The notes beneath the pieces were generated by a model. It worked only from the letters and a program-made list of their open reading frames with translations, searched no databases and had not been told where the DNA came from. Made by a program: the position numbers and the translations under genes. Positions 1 to 12,796 of a stretch of 64,000 nucleotides of DNA are shown one piece after another (the stretch's first letter is position 1; each line of letters begins with the position of its first letter). This DNA is from Squalus acanthias (taxonomy: Eukaryota), in contig CM059425.1 in assembly GCA_030390025.1 (NCBI GenBank), positions 174,036,001 through 174,100,000 of the forward strand, read 5' to 3'.

Positions 1-267
1 CAAAGTAGAGCTAGCACCAGCATAGACATGAGGGGCAGATATTTCCATGATTCTGTGTTTATTTAAAATTAAAAGGTGTCTTGAATTTGATAGTCCCACA
101 CCTTCATTAAAATTATAGCAGCAGTTGTGGAAAACAACGTTTGAAGGGCAGAGCATGGTTGAGGAAACAACTAGAGAACTTGAACGCGATACTCCATTGA
201 GGCATCTCACAGTATAAGCTTTGGTCATTTGAGAACCATGTGAAGGATCACATTAGTCATGAGAAAA

Positions 268-622
268 TAAGAACATAAGAAATAGGAGCAGGAGTAGGCC
301 ATACAGCCCTTCGAGCCTGCTCCGCCATTCAATAAGATCATGGCTGATCATCGACCTCAATTCCACTTTCCCGTCCGATCTCCATATTCCTTGATTCCCC
401 TAGAGTCCAAAAATCTATCTATTTCAGCCTTGAATATACTCAAAGACTCAGCATCCACAGCCCTCTGGGGCAGAGAATTCCAAAGATTCACAACCCTCTG
501 AGTGAAGAAATTCCTCCTCATCTCGGTCTTAAATGGCTTACCCCTTATCCTGAGACTATGCCCCCTAGTTCTATACACTCCAGCCAGGGGAAACAACCTC
601 TCAGCATCTACCCTGTCAATCC
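268..622 (-). mobile_element. CR1 LINE 3' fragment
   Basis: ORF 357..596 (RTRGHSLRIRG..MRRNFFTQRVVNLWNSLP) is the CR1 ORF2 C-terminus, followed by the CR1 3' UTR with a short TTCTTATG-type tail. Confidence 0.9.
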
Positions 623-699
623 CCTGGGAGTTCTCTCAAACCACTCACCCCTCTAACAAACACAATAGGGGAAATGCTGTCATGTCAATTTTACACCTA

Positions 700-2020
700 A
701 CTCTGCTCCCATCTGTCCAATAACTCCTTTCAAATCCTTTCAGTATAGCTTCCATTCTGCCCAAAGCATCAAGGTAGCCCTTGCCAAAGTCACCAGCGAT
801 ATCCTCTATGACTGCAACTTCAACGTGTTATCCCTCAACATCTCAGGAGCATTTTTTATGGTTGACTACCTTATCCTTCTCCACTGTTTCTCCTCCATGG
901 TCCACCTCTGCGCCACCACACTTTTTTGGTTCCACTCTACATGTTCCAGCATAGCTAGTATATCTGCTGCAATGGCTTCTCCTCCTATATCTGTACAGTC
1001 ACTTTTGTGTGGCCCATGGTTCAGTCTTGAGCCCTCTATTGTTCCTCATATACATACTGCCTTTCGGAGGCACTATTTGTAAGCATAGGTTAGCTTCTAT
1101 TTGTAATGTCAACTCCATCCACCTTTACTTCTCTGCCTCAGATCCACAACTGTTAGTATGCTGTCTGACTCAAGTTGTGAATGAGCTGGAACTTCCTCCA
1201 GCCAACCATTGGCAAGAACAAAGCCACCCTGTTTAGCTCTAGTCAGAAACTCTGAACCTAGTCCCTGATTCCACCACTCTGCTTAGTTGTTCACTCAGGG
1301 TAAACCCAATAGTGTGCAACCTAAGTGTCTATTTGATTCTGAACTAATCTGATCTTCAAATCTCACATCCAATCCATCATTGGCACAGCCTATTTCCATC
1401 TTGACAATAATGTTTGCATCTATCCTCTCCTCACCCCACGGCCGCTAAAATCCGCATCAGCCTTTGTCAACACCAGGCTTCATTTCTTCAATGCTCTCAT
1501 CGCCCTTTTGAACATCATCCTGCACAAACTCCAACTAATCCAGAACTTTGTCATCAGCATTCTATCCTGTAAAGTCCTGCTCACCCATCAGCCCTATCCT
1601 CACTGACTTCCACTGGTTCCCTACTCCACAATACGTTGATTTTGAAATCTCCAACTTTGTCTAGCGATCCCTCCATGGCCTTATTCTGCCTACATCATCC
1701 TCCGCCATCCTTGCCTCCTAGATCACACCCTCCACTGTTCTGAGTCTGACCTATTGCGATTACCCCCTTCTCTTGATTCACTATCAGTGGTACAGCTTTC
1801 AACTACCATGCACCATGCTCTCTGGAATTATTTTCCTTAATCACATCCCCTTTGTTACACCCCTCCTCATCTTTAAAAGTTTACTCAAAACCTACCGACC
1901 GTCAGTGATCTCCCCTAACTCTTCTTCCAATTCCTGCTTAGTGTCTGAATTTCTCGCCTTCTTGTGAAACACCTAGGAATGTTTCACTACCTTAAAAGAG
2001 CTATACAAGTATACACTGTT
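700..2020 (+). mobile_element. Degenerate L2-clade LINE fragment with 3' end
   Basis: Decayed RT motifs (..KVTSDIL, HGSVLSPLLFLIY) and an L2-type 3' tail near 1965-2020; many stops and frameshifts. Confidence 0.7.
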
Positions 2021-2422
2021 GTCCTGTTACGGCATCTGTAAACTAGTAAAGTTAAAAATTAATTTTAACCATGAACGAATTGCAATATAATTTGTTTATT
2101 TTTATTAAATAAAGCATAATTTTTATCAGTATTACATCCGGTCCTTTTTTGAACCCAGGTCTTTCCTGTCTACTGTTCAATATTCAATGAGCTGTTACCT
2201 GACACTCAAGTGAAAGCTGCTCCTCAATGTTTGACTTAATTGTTATTTTTAGTTATTGTATGATGTTCTATGACATCTCATTGAATGTTACATAGAAAAT
2301 GCAGAATAGCAGTGATTACCTGAAGTGTTGTATTATGCAGTAGTTACTTCACACTTGGTGCTCCTTTCTAATATATTAGCTGGTTGTTTCATTAGTACAC
2401 AATTGACAAATGTGCAAAATCA

Positions 2423-2990
2423 ATCATAGAATCATACAGCATAGAAGGAGGCCATTCAGCCCATCGTACCTGTGTCGGCTCTTTGGTAGAGCTATCTAAA
2501 TAATCCCACTCCCCTGCTCTTTCCCCATGGCTCTGTAATTTTTTTCCCTTCAAGCATGAATCCAATTCTTTTTTGAATGTTACTAATGAATCTGCTTCCA
2601 CCACCCTTTCAGGCAGTGCATTCCAGATCAAAACAACTCACTGTGTAAAAAAATGTTTCCTCATGTCACCTCTGGTTCTTTTGCCAATCACCATAAATCT
2701 ATGTCACCTGGTTACTGACCCTTCTGCCACTGGAAACAGATTCTCTTTATTTACTCTATCAAAATCATTCCTGATTTTGAACACCTCTATCAGATCTCCT
2801 CATAACCTTCTCTGCTCTAAGGAGAACAACCCCAGCTTCTCCAGTCTCTCCACATAACTGAAGTCCCTCATCCCTGGTACCATTCTAGTAAATCTCTTCT
2901 GCACCCTCTCCTTGACATCCTTCCTAAATTGTGGTGCCCAGAATTGAACACAATACTCCAGTTGAAGCTTAGCCAGTGTTTTATAAAGGT
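2423..2990 (-). mobile_element. CR1 LINE 3' fragment
   Basis: IWNALPERVVEADSLVTFKKELD and a (TTCTATGA)-type tail on the minus strand. Confidence 0.85.
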
Positions 2991-3475
2991 TGAGTTCTAT
3001 TCTAACACATTATTTTCAGGACCTCAAAATGTCTTACCTTCCTCAGTCTTTCTTTCCTCCTGCAGTCTTCAAGTTGTTAAACCATATCACTATTTTCTGA
3101 TGTATCTCATCTTCTGTAATACCCTTTTTAATCTGGTGGTGTCTGCACAATGGGGATTGGCCTTTCATCTAGGCTTCTCAAATTTAAAAAAAGATAAATA
3201 AGGAATCAAGATCTTAATGAAGACTGTCTGAAAATAATTAACTACATGAAAGTCCAGTTTAATACTGAGTTACTCCCCTGAGAATCACTAATTTAGTGTA
3301 TGGCCATTACCTCCATCCTTGCTGTAACTCATTAGTCTCCAACTCTATTACTTCATAAGAAGACTATGAAGTGTGGGTTTGCAGTACTGGAGGCATGTTG
3401 TGGCTATCAATTGCAAAACTTGAATGATAGGTATTGAATCAGTTTTTTATTCTGTATGAAAATTACTTTTTTCAG

Positions 3476-3628
3476 GTTAGAAGGTTGATTCTTTTGGATC
3501 CTAAGAAACGTCTAACTACCTATCAGGCCCTACAACACCCCTGGGTAACAGGAAAAGCTGCAAATTTCGTACACATGGACAATGCACAAAAGAAACTTCA
3601 GGAATTCAATGCCCGCCGCAAACTAAAA
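3476..3628 (+). CDS. CAMK4: CaMKIV penultimate coding exon (kinase C-terminus plus autoinhibitory/calmodulin-binding segment)
   Basis: 153-bp phase-0 exon flanked by tttttcag| and |gtaaga; encodes VRRLILLDPKKRLTTYQALQHPWVTGKAANFVHMDNAQKKLQEFNARRKLK, nearly identical to mammalian CaMKIV. Confidence 0.97.
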
Positions 3629-4698
3629 GTAAGATTCAATAAACAATAAAAGATAACATTTAGAGACTTTAAATTGTGTGTTTATAAGCTATAAACTGCT
3701 GTTATGCAGCTATTTTATTTTGCTTTGAATGGGTGATAACTTTAAATAACATGTTTTTTCATGAATCTTAATTATAGATATTAACGTTATTCATGATTCT
3801 TAGATGCATGTCCAGGGTTATAGTGCCAAAAGATGTAGAAAATCTTAAATGTTAAAATGTTGGTTTAATTTTGCAGTCACTGTTCAGTGTATTTTCAAAT
3901 TCGACATAGTTCATAACATTGTGGAAAATAATCAAGTGGGGGGCATCCTTTTTAAATATGAAGATCGGGCTCTGATTACATCATCGGGCCGGATCTGCTA
4001 TTTTAACTTGAGGCCTCAGTGCCGGAGCAGTGGTGGCTTCCCCACTAGCCTTAACTTGCCAGGAACAGCAGCCAGGACCAGAAGAGTAAGGTAAGTTTGC
4101 AAAAATGTTTACAAGTTTCCTTGTAGGCCAGGAGGAGCAAGGAAACCTTGGCCGGAATTTTCCCAGTCCCAAGCGTGTGGGTTTGGGGGCGGGTCAGCAG
4201 TAAAAATCGTCAAAATTGCCAGCACATCAGGAACCTGTCGTCATCCCTCCGACTTCTGCATTTAACTCGGGCACGTTTCCCAGCGCGTCACGGACCCGCT
4301 CGGCAGAGGCGGGCAACCTCAATGAAGTACTTAAATACTTGTTGAGAGACCTTTAAGAGGCTTTTTAACAGTAGCTTTTGACTTTAACTTCTTAAGCACG
4401 GGATTTACGCACCTCGGTAACCCCGTCTTTGAAGGGGTGGGGGAAGCTCAGTGGCCATTGTGCAAGTCCATTAATTGACAGCTGGGAAAAACACATAAGT
4501 GCTCCCACATTACGCCTGATTACTTGGCTAATGGAAAGGCTCCTGCTGACTCCATTTTGTGCAGAGATTTAGCTGTCAGCAGTTTGCAGGTCATTTCTGC
4601 AACCTTGGAAGCCACTCTCACCAAATTGCTAGTAACTATCACAACATTGAGGGATTGGGCCTCTGATCTCCACTTTACCTGGCATCTATTACATCCGC

Positions 4699-5900
4699 AT
4701 GGGTGCTGCTTATGCTGTCTCACCTTGGACCTCAGAATCGGACCAAGATGAGCCCCAGCACCAACAATACCAGCAGCCACAACACCAGCAGCAGCAGCAA
4801 TCACAACAGTAGCCTTCTCCTCACTGACCTGCTGCTCCACAGGAGAGAGGGGATCAACACAGGGGTGCACCACACTGGAAGCGATAACCCCAACACAGGG
4901 TATACAGGCAGAGGATGAGCTTCCTGGACATGACTGAGCAGCAGTGCTTCAGGAGGCTCAGGCTATCGCGTCAGGTCGTGGCAGTCATTTGTAGCTTGCT
5001 GGAAGAAGACCTGCTGCCCAGAGGACCTGGTGGACACGCCTTACCAGTGCGTGTCAAAGTCACCACCGCCCTCAACTTCTTAGCCTCAGGCTCCTTCCAG
5101 GGATCTGCAGCAGATATTTTCAGGGTCTCGTAGTTGGCTGCCCACAGATAAATCACCCAGGTGACCGATGCCATGTTTCACAAGTCAGACAATTATGTCA
5201 ACTTTGCCACTGAGGAAGCCAGTGTTACTGAGCGGGCGCTCGGCTTTGTGGCTCTGGCTGGCTTCCCACAGGTGCAGAGCATCATCAACTGCACACATGT
5301 GGCCATCAAGGCACCCCCACATCACCCAGGAGTGTTTGTGAACCGCAAGGGCTTCAACTCCCTCAATGTGCAGCTCGTCTGCAACCATAAAAAGATCATC
5401 AAGCATGTGTGCGCCAAATTCCCTGGCAGCTGTCATGACTCTTTCGTGCTGCGCCAGTCCACCCTCCCTCAGCTCTTCGCACCTCCAAACAGACTTACCG
5501 GCTGGCTGCATGGAGACAAGGGCTATCCACGTGGCTCATGACACCCTTGAGGTGGCCAAGTACTGAGGCCCAGGAGCATTATAATGATAGCCACATGTCC
5601 ACCAGATGTGTCATAGAGCACGCACTAGGCATGCTGAAGATGCGTTTCAGATGCCTTGACAGATCTGGAGGAGCCCTTCAGTAAGCACCAGCCAGGGTCT
5701 CCAGAATCATTGTCGTTTGCTGCGCGCTGCACAACATAGCGCAGCAGCCAGGATTGGAGCTGCAGGAGAAGCAAGGTGCAGAGCGCACAGCCTCTTCAGA
5801 GGAGGAGGAGGATGAACCTGAGGTGGAGATGCCACCAGCAGCGGCGCACAATGCTACCCAGGAGGCCCGGGATGGCCTCATAATGGCCAGATTTACTAAA
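4699..5900 (+). pseudogene. Harbinger (HARBI1-like, DDE_Tnp_4) transposase, disrupted
   Basis: [16 protein letters not shown] (first catalytic D read as N), [39 protein letters not shown]; in-frame stops and frameshifts. Confidence 0.9.
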
Positions 5901-6185
5901 CTTGCTCCAATGCACCCATATGGCTGCCACATGCTGTACTACATTCCCCCCTCCACCAACCCCCCCCCAACAACACCATAAAGCAGCCCTACAATGATCA
6001 ATCCATTCCTCTCACCCAAATCCCCATTGCTCGAGGTTAAGTAATGTCTCACCATTCGCTCCAAGTGACTAGCCATTTCCCAGGTAGCAGGCAAAAATGG
6101 ACAAGACTGGAAAGTGGTGCAAAGAAATAAATTTATCTCTGTCATTAATATAACTGAAACTTAGCATTAACATTTGTTCATACAC

Positions 6186-8061
6186 CTATGTGCATACTCT
6201 TATGGATCTACGATTGTGTCTTTTTTCATTTCCGCGTGCTTCTATGAGGTGCAACCCCTGTGGCTTCAGCAGAGGTAGAGGCAGGCTGCTCATTTCCTTG
6301 CTGCGACTGCTTAGACACTTTTGGCGGACATCCTCTGGGTTTTTGGAGCCTGTGAGGGCCCCACCAAAGACTGCTCCTCCTGCGACTGTGCACGGACAGA
6401 TTCGGCCATCGGGATCTGAGGAAGCATGCGAGGCTCTGACTGAAGGGGAGGCAATGGGGAAGAAGTGGGAGCGCTTTGAGAAGAGCCCCCAGTCCATGTC
6501 TCCTCTCAACATCATCCCTCTCATGGGCCACCCGCACTTCCCTACTAGCTAGGAGCTGGAGAGCATCTTGCTGCACATCAGTGGGGCAATGAATGCCCAA
6601 ATCTACGTTTATATCCCTCCTCGAGATGAGGTCTATGATCGTCTGCCATCTGTTGTCCACAGCAAGCATGTTCTCATGTGACTGGCCTATTTGCTACTCC
6701 ATGAAGGTGGCCATCCTTTCCATTGTCGCCATCGCCTGCGAGATGGTGATGCTAATGTTGGAGATGAACTGCTCCATTCTCTGCACATTTGCAGAAATCA
6801 CAGCTGCAAAAGCTGGCAGAGCCTCATGCAATTGTTGCTGCCCCTCCAAGATCACCCTCTTTCTCGATGGCCCCCAAGGTTCAGCATTTGCATGCAGCTC
6901 CCAGAGCTTGGAGCGTCCTGCGCTCTCCGACGAGGAGTCCTCCACTGCTGTCCCTGTCAACACCATCTGCTCTTGCTTACATGTGATGTGAGAGACACCA
7001 GCTGACATCACTATTCTATCTCGCACAGGACCCACCGAGGTGTGCGTTTCTGTGCTGGTGCTTGCTGCGCTTGGGTCTGCTGGCGGTGCACCCTCAGAGG
7101 CTGGAGCTTCATCTAAGGAGTCAGCTTCCTCCTCCGGCTGGACAGTGGGTGGGGCCACTTGATGGACCTGTGGGAGAGTAAAGACATGACTCAGAAATGC
7201 AGTGATAAGAATGGGTAATGTTACCGTTATGCACATGATGACATTTCACTGGCTGCTGACATCAGTCACCATATGAATGACTGCTGTATGCCATGTGGCT
7301 GTATAAGATGTAATTATGTCACCAGGTTGCTGGGATATTCCCCTCTCCGTCTCCCACCGCCAGCATCTCTGCAACTCCAGAGATCTCCAGGGCCTCCTCC
7401 TCTGCTGGAGTCAATTGACTGAAGACTAGAGGGCCACCTCCGGTTCTCTGCCTCTCCCTATTGTTATTGGCTCTCTTCTCCTACAAGGAGGGAAAGAAGA
7501 GAACTTTGAGTGAGTGTGATGGAATGAGTGTAAGGAATGGATGGGCTACATCTGTAGAGGGTGACTATGAGGGAGTGGCATGACAATGCCAAATGGCCTC
7601 CTTCTGTGGTGTTACTTGCTATGATTGCATTAGGATGAGGGTGAGTGTCAGTGGTGGTTAGACAGATGGGGATGTGAGTAGGTACATAGGCAGAGAGGAA
7701 TGGGTGGACCTGCAAGGTAGGTTGATGTGAGGAATGATGTGCAGGAGTAGGCTTGGGAAAGCAGAGTGATGGGGTTGTGGTGACAGGCACATCAGGATGT
7801 AGGTGAGTGTGGCATTGTACTCACCTTTACTGACCTCATTAGATCATTGAATCTTTTCCAGCACTGGATCCACGACCTCCTGACCAAATCACTGCTACTG
7901 ACCTCCTCTGCAATCTCCAGCCATGCCCTTTTTGTGTCTTTGGGTGGTCGTTTGCGTCAATTGCCAGGGAAGAGGACCTCCATGTGTGCTATTACTGCCT
8001 GCACTAGAACTTCCAGGGAGGCATCGTTGAATCTTGGTGCGGCCCTCTGCCTTGTCTCCAT
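6186..8061 (-). pseudogene. Harbinger Myb/SANT-like DNA-binding gene, three exons (8061-7825, 7480-7323, 7167-6186)
   Basis: Exon 1 METRQRAAPRFNDASLEVLVQAV..AWLEIAEEV..RSWIQCWKRFNDL|gtgagt; exon 2 ag|EKRANNNRERQRTGGGP; exon 3 after ctctcccacag; internal TGA. Confidence 0.8.
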
Positions 8062-9249
8062 GACCCACAGTTTTATCACGTTATTGAGATCTCTGGAAAC
8101 CAACTTATGCACTCCTACATCAACCTTCAAATGAGATGTGTGCAAGGCTGCTTTAAATATCTGCGCTGGAAATGAGTCATCGATGACGTCATCAGACCCG
8201 CTCCATTTAATTGGGCCGGGGAACGCGCATGACTGTTTTAATTGGGGCCATTAAGTAAAACTTGCACTGCAGAACGCGTTGTTCACATCTTCGGATTCCC
8301 GACCCGCTATGCGGCCCGCACACATGCAACCCAACTCCAAGATAAAGATTCCGGCCCTTGTGTCTCCAGTGCCCCGGGCTACCCACCTCCCCCGACCGGG
8401 ATTCCCCTTCCAGAGCACTTACCTTGTGCCAGGGACCGTTCCCCTGGGTTCCCGGTGGCGAGCTCCTGCTTCCCAATTTTAACAGCCAGGCAGCTGCTTC
8501 CCGCTGACTTCCCAACCTTTTTGATTGGGAAGTCACCAAGTGGCTTGCTAATGAGGCCCAGTCGTTAAAATCGGCAGGCCAGCCTCCTGCTGCTCCCGGA
8601 CAGTAATTCTGCTCGCTTTGCGGCATTTCCGCCCAGGAGTTAAAAACCACACCCATGTCCCAGAATTAAGTTATCTTCTGCACACAGGTCATGCAGTGCA
8701 AAAGTGATTCTCATCCTCCTACCCTGCTCTCCCTGCTTGTTGAACAACAGCAGTAATGGCCAAGACTGCAGCAACTGACTGGTAGTATAATGCAGCTACA
8801 GAAAAATATTGAGGCTTCTACAACTATGCAAGTTGTACAATGCAGCAACACAGAAATAGTCAGCCCCGGAGGAGGCTTTTGAAGTTGAGGAGAGAGGTAG
8901 TCATATGAGTTTAGGGAGAGAATTCCAGTGCGCCAAGACAACTGAAAGCCCTACCATCAGGGTGAAGCGGGGTTGGGTTGGTTGCAAAGTTGGATGAGTG
9001 GACAGTCGGTGCTGACACATAGGACTGGAGGAGAAACAGAGATCAAAAACATGGTGAATACGTAAATGACAACAAGGATTTTGAATTCATTGTGTTGCTA
9101 ATGGGGAACTAATGGAGGGTGGTAAGGAAGTGAGTAATAGGGGCACATCACAGGATGCATATGGAGGGATTTTGACTTCTTTGAGAATGTTAAGATAAAG
9201 TAGATAGTCCTTGTAAACTGGCAGTCCTTATAACATAGTTTACTTTTTA

Positions 9250-10195
9250 AATTACTTCTCAGGATGTGGAGTCACTGGCATGGTCGGCATTTATTGCTCA
9301 TTCCCATGTATCTGCTGCGCTTGTCCCTGGTTTAGGAAGTGCTGCTGAAGAAGCCTTGGCGAGTTGCTGCAGTGCATCCTGTAGATAGTACATACTGCAG
9401 CTACGGTATGCCGATGGTGAAATGAGTGGATGTTTAAGCCAGTGGATGGGGTGCTGATCAAGTTGATTGCTTTGTCCTGAATGGTGTCGAGCTTCTTGAT
9501 TGTTGTTGCAGCTGCATCCATCTAGGCAAGTGGAGGGTATGCCATCACACTCCTGACTTGCACCTTGTAGGTGGCAGGGAGGCTTTGAGGAGTCAGGATG
9601 TGAGCCACTCACCGCAGAATACCCAGCCTCTGACATGCTCCAGTTCAATTTCTGGTCAATGGTAACTCCTAGCATGGTGGGGGTTCAGTGATGGTAATGC
9701 CATTGACTGTCATGGGGAGGTGGTTATGCTTTCTCTTGTTGGAGATGGTCATTGCCTGACGCTTGTGTGGCGCAAATGTTACTTGCCACTTATCTTCCTG
9801 CATGTGGGTATGGACTGCTTCATTATCTGAGGAATTGCAAATGGTGCTGAACACTGTGCAATCATTGGCGAACAGCCCCACTTCTGGCATTATGATGGAG
9901 GAAAGCTTATTGAAGAATAGCTGAAGATCGTTGAGCTTAGGATGCTGCCTTGAGGCACTCCTACAGCAATGTCGTGGGGCTGAGATGATTGGCCAACAAC
10001 GGCCACAACCATCTTCCTTTGTACCAAATATGGCTCTAGCCACTGGAGAGTTTTCCCCCTGATCCCCATTGACTTCAGTTTTATTAGGGCTCCATGGTGC
10101 ATCTGTCAAATGCTACCTTGATGTCAAGGGCAGTCATTCTTACCTCACCTCTGGAATTCAGCGCTTGTGTCCATGTTTGGACCAAGGCTGTAATG
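9250..10195 (-). mobile_element. Second non-LTR retrotransposon family (CR1/Jockey-group RT), 3' fragment
   Basis: GVPQGSILS, GLFANDCTVF, LGVTIDQKLNW, KKLDTIQDKA; same family as 38937-39287 and 41020-42525. Confidence 0.8.
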
Positions 10196-10248
10196 AGTTT
10201 ATTTTAACTTTCAGAAACCATTTGACGAAGTTCCAGATGAAAGACTTT

Positions 10249-11958
10249 TCATAGAATCATAGAATGATACAACACAGAGGGAGGCAATTTGGCTCATCGT
10301 ACCTGTGCCAGCACTTTGGTAGAGCTATCCAATTATTACCACGTGCCTGCTTTTTCCCCATAGCCCTATAACTCTTTTCCCAACAAGTATTTACCCAATT
10401 TTCTTTTGAATGTTACTGTTGAATCTGCTTCCACCACCCTTTCAGGCAGTGCATTCCAGATCATGGCCCAGAAATTCGTCTCTCCGGCTTGCCGCGGGGG
10501 TAAGGATCGCGCGCGCACTTACCTACCGCGCTTGCCGTTGTGTTTTGGGCCCACGGGAACTTCAGCTCCTGGGCCTCTCCCAACTGCCGGCGCGCAGTGC
10601 GTGCGTGTCCCAGGGGCGCAGTTAGTGCGATGCGTCCCCTGGGATCACGTGGGCCATGGAGAGCCAATGGCAGCAGACCATCTTTCATTCATAGATTTGA
10701 CAGGAGACCTGTCAAATCTGTGAAGTGAAATCGGCCCCAAAAGAACAGCTAAACTTAAAATAAATTTTTTAAAAAAACCATCACATTTATAAAATAACTA
10801 TAGTTAAATAAATTAACCACTTTAAACAAAAATTTAAATTTTTGAAAAAATTAAAATACTTTTTAAAAGTGATAAAAATAAACTTACCTTTCTTTAAAGT
10901 ATCTAAAAAAGATAAACCTGTTGAAATTTTTTTTAAATTATACTTAATTAACCACTTACCTTGTTGAAAACAGGTCCTGCGCCTCCTTTTTATAAGCGTA
11001 GGTTCTTCACTACTTACCCTCCTGTAGAAACCTGAAAAAAATCTAAGTTTGCTGCATGCGCGCAGCCTCTACCGCGCACGCGGTTCACCTAAGAACCGCC
11101 CCCTTCACCAGACTGGAAGTTCCGGTTTCCCGCGCATGTGCAGTGCATGCAGGAAACCGGCACTTCGGGACACTTTACGGGTGAGTACGGACTGTGTACT
11201 CACCTGGGAAGGGCCGAATTTTTGGCCCCATAACAACTCGCTGTGTAAATAATTGTTTCCTCATGTTGCCTCTGGTTCTTTTGCCAATCACCTGTGTCCT
11301 CTGGTTATCAACCCTCTGCTACTGGAAACAGTTTCTCCTTATTTACTCTATCAAAACCATTCATGATTTTGAACACCTCTATCAAATCTCCTCTTAACCT
11401 TCTCTGCTCTAAGGAAAACAACCCCAGCTTCTCCAGTCTCTCCACATAACTGAAGTCCTCACCCCTGGTACCATTCTAGTAAATCTCTTCTGCACCCTCT
11501 CCAAGGCCATGACATCCTTCCTAAAGTGTGGTGCACAGAACTGAACACAATACTCCAGCTGAGGCTTAACCAGTGTTTTATAAAGGTTCAGCATAACTTC
11601 CTTGCTTTTGTACTCTATTCCTTTATTAATAAAGCCAAGGAGCCCATATGTTTTTTTAACAGCCTTCTCAACTTGTCCTGCCATCTTCAAAGATTTGTGT
11701 ACATACACCCCCAGGTCTCGCTGTTCCTGCACACCCTTTAAAATTGTACCATTTAGTTCATATTGCCTCTCCTCATTCTTCCTACCAAAATATATCACTT
11801 TGCACTTCTCTGCATTAAATTTCATCTGCCATGTGTCTGCCCATTTCACCAGTCAGTCTGTGTCCTCCTGAAGTCTGTTACTATCCTCCTCATTGTTTAC
11901 TACATTTCTGAGTTTTGTATCATCTGCAAACTTTGAAATTATGCCCTGTATACCCAAC
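10249..11958 (-). mobile_element. CR1 LINE 3' part, interrupted by a MITE
   Basis: ORF 11409..11849 (WADTWQMKFNAEKCKV..LEYCVQF); the CR1 sequence resumes exactly across the 10465-11228 insert. Confidence 0.9.
10465..11228. mobile_element. Non-autonomous Harbinger-type MITE
   Basis: TIRs GGCCCAGAAATTCG / CGAATTTTTGGCCC, TSD CAT (10462-10464 and 11229-11231), GC-rich ends with an AT-rich core. Confidence 0.85.
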
Positions 11959-12162
11959 TAAACTAAAAACCTCAAGAATCCAAATGGAATATGGGATAAG
12001 TAACTGGTTAAAAACCAGAAATGGAGAGTTCTCGTAAGTGGTGTAGTCAGACTGAGAAAAATATTGAGTGATCTTTAAGTGACTGTTTGAACCCTATTGT
12101 TTCTGATGTATATAAATGAACCTGATACCAAAACCAACAGTAAGCAAGTCAAATTTGCTGCT

Positions 12163-12510
12163 AGAAAGAAATAACTTACATTTACATAGCACCCTTCACA
12201 TCCTCAGGACGTACCAAAGTACCTCACAACCAATGAAGTACTTTTGAAGTGTACCCACTGTTGTAATGTAGGCAAACATAGCAGCAAATTTGCATACAAC
12301 AAGGATCCACTTGCCAGGACTACAGGAGAACTCCTGCTCTTCTTCAAATAGTGCTATGCATTGTTTGACATCCACCTGAGAGAGCATACGGGGCCTCAGT
12401 TTAACGTCTCATCCAAAAGATGGCATCTCCACCTGTGGAGCACTCCCTCCAGGTGTCAGCCTAGATTATATGCTTAAGTGTTTGGAATGGGGCTTAAACC
12501 AATGATCTTT
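12163..12510 (-). mobile_element. SacSINE1-like Deu-SINE with L2-type tail
   Basis: Reverse complement contains the Deu-domain core (GGATGAGACGTTAAACTGAGGCCCCG) and an L2-like 3' end. Confidence 0.7.
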
Positions 12511-12796
12511 TGGCGCACTCGCCTGGCAGAACATACATAAAAAAAACACCAGAATCCGGGTCCTGGGTAATTCTCAGACCTCCTGCTGCACTCCCATTTC
12601 ACTTAGTGGCAGGAGTGTGCTGGAAAGCCGATGGAAATTTGACGACTGAGTATGTAGCAAAAGAGCTGTAAAGGATTTGAATCAGTTATGTAATTGACCA
12701 GATGCATTGGTAGTAATATTTAATATTTTTAAATGCATGGTATGACAGAATGTGGAACATACATATACAATGAATTAAACTGAATTAACTCAGTGA

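Larger units (their letters stand above)
4150..8356 (+). mobile_element. Full-length (defective) PIF/Harbinger DNA transposon in the last CAMK4 intron
   Basis: TIRs GGCCGGAATTTT / AAAGATTCCGGCC, 3-bp TSD CTT (4147-4149 and 8357-8359), transposase on + and Myb/SANT gene on - arranged tail-to-tail; apparently inserted into an older MITE-like repeat (~3940-8655). Confidence 0.92.

Noticed and set aside
3200..3628. Calspermin-like internal transcript starting at the conserved HMD methionine
   Set aside because: The Met is present, but I see no CRE-containing intronic promoter upstream, so it cannot be supported from sequence
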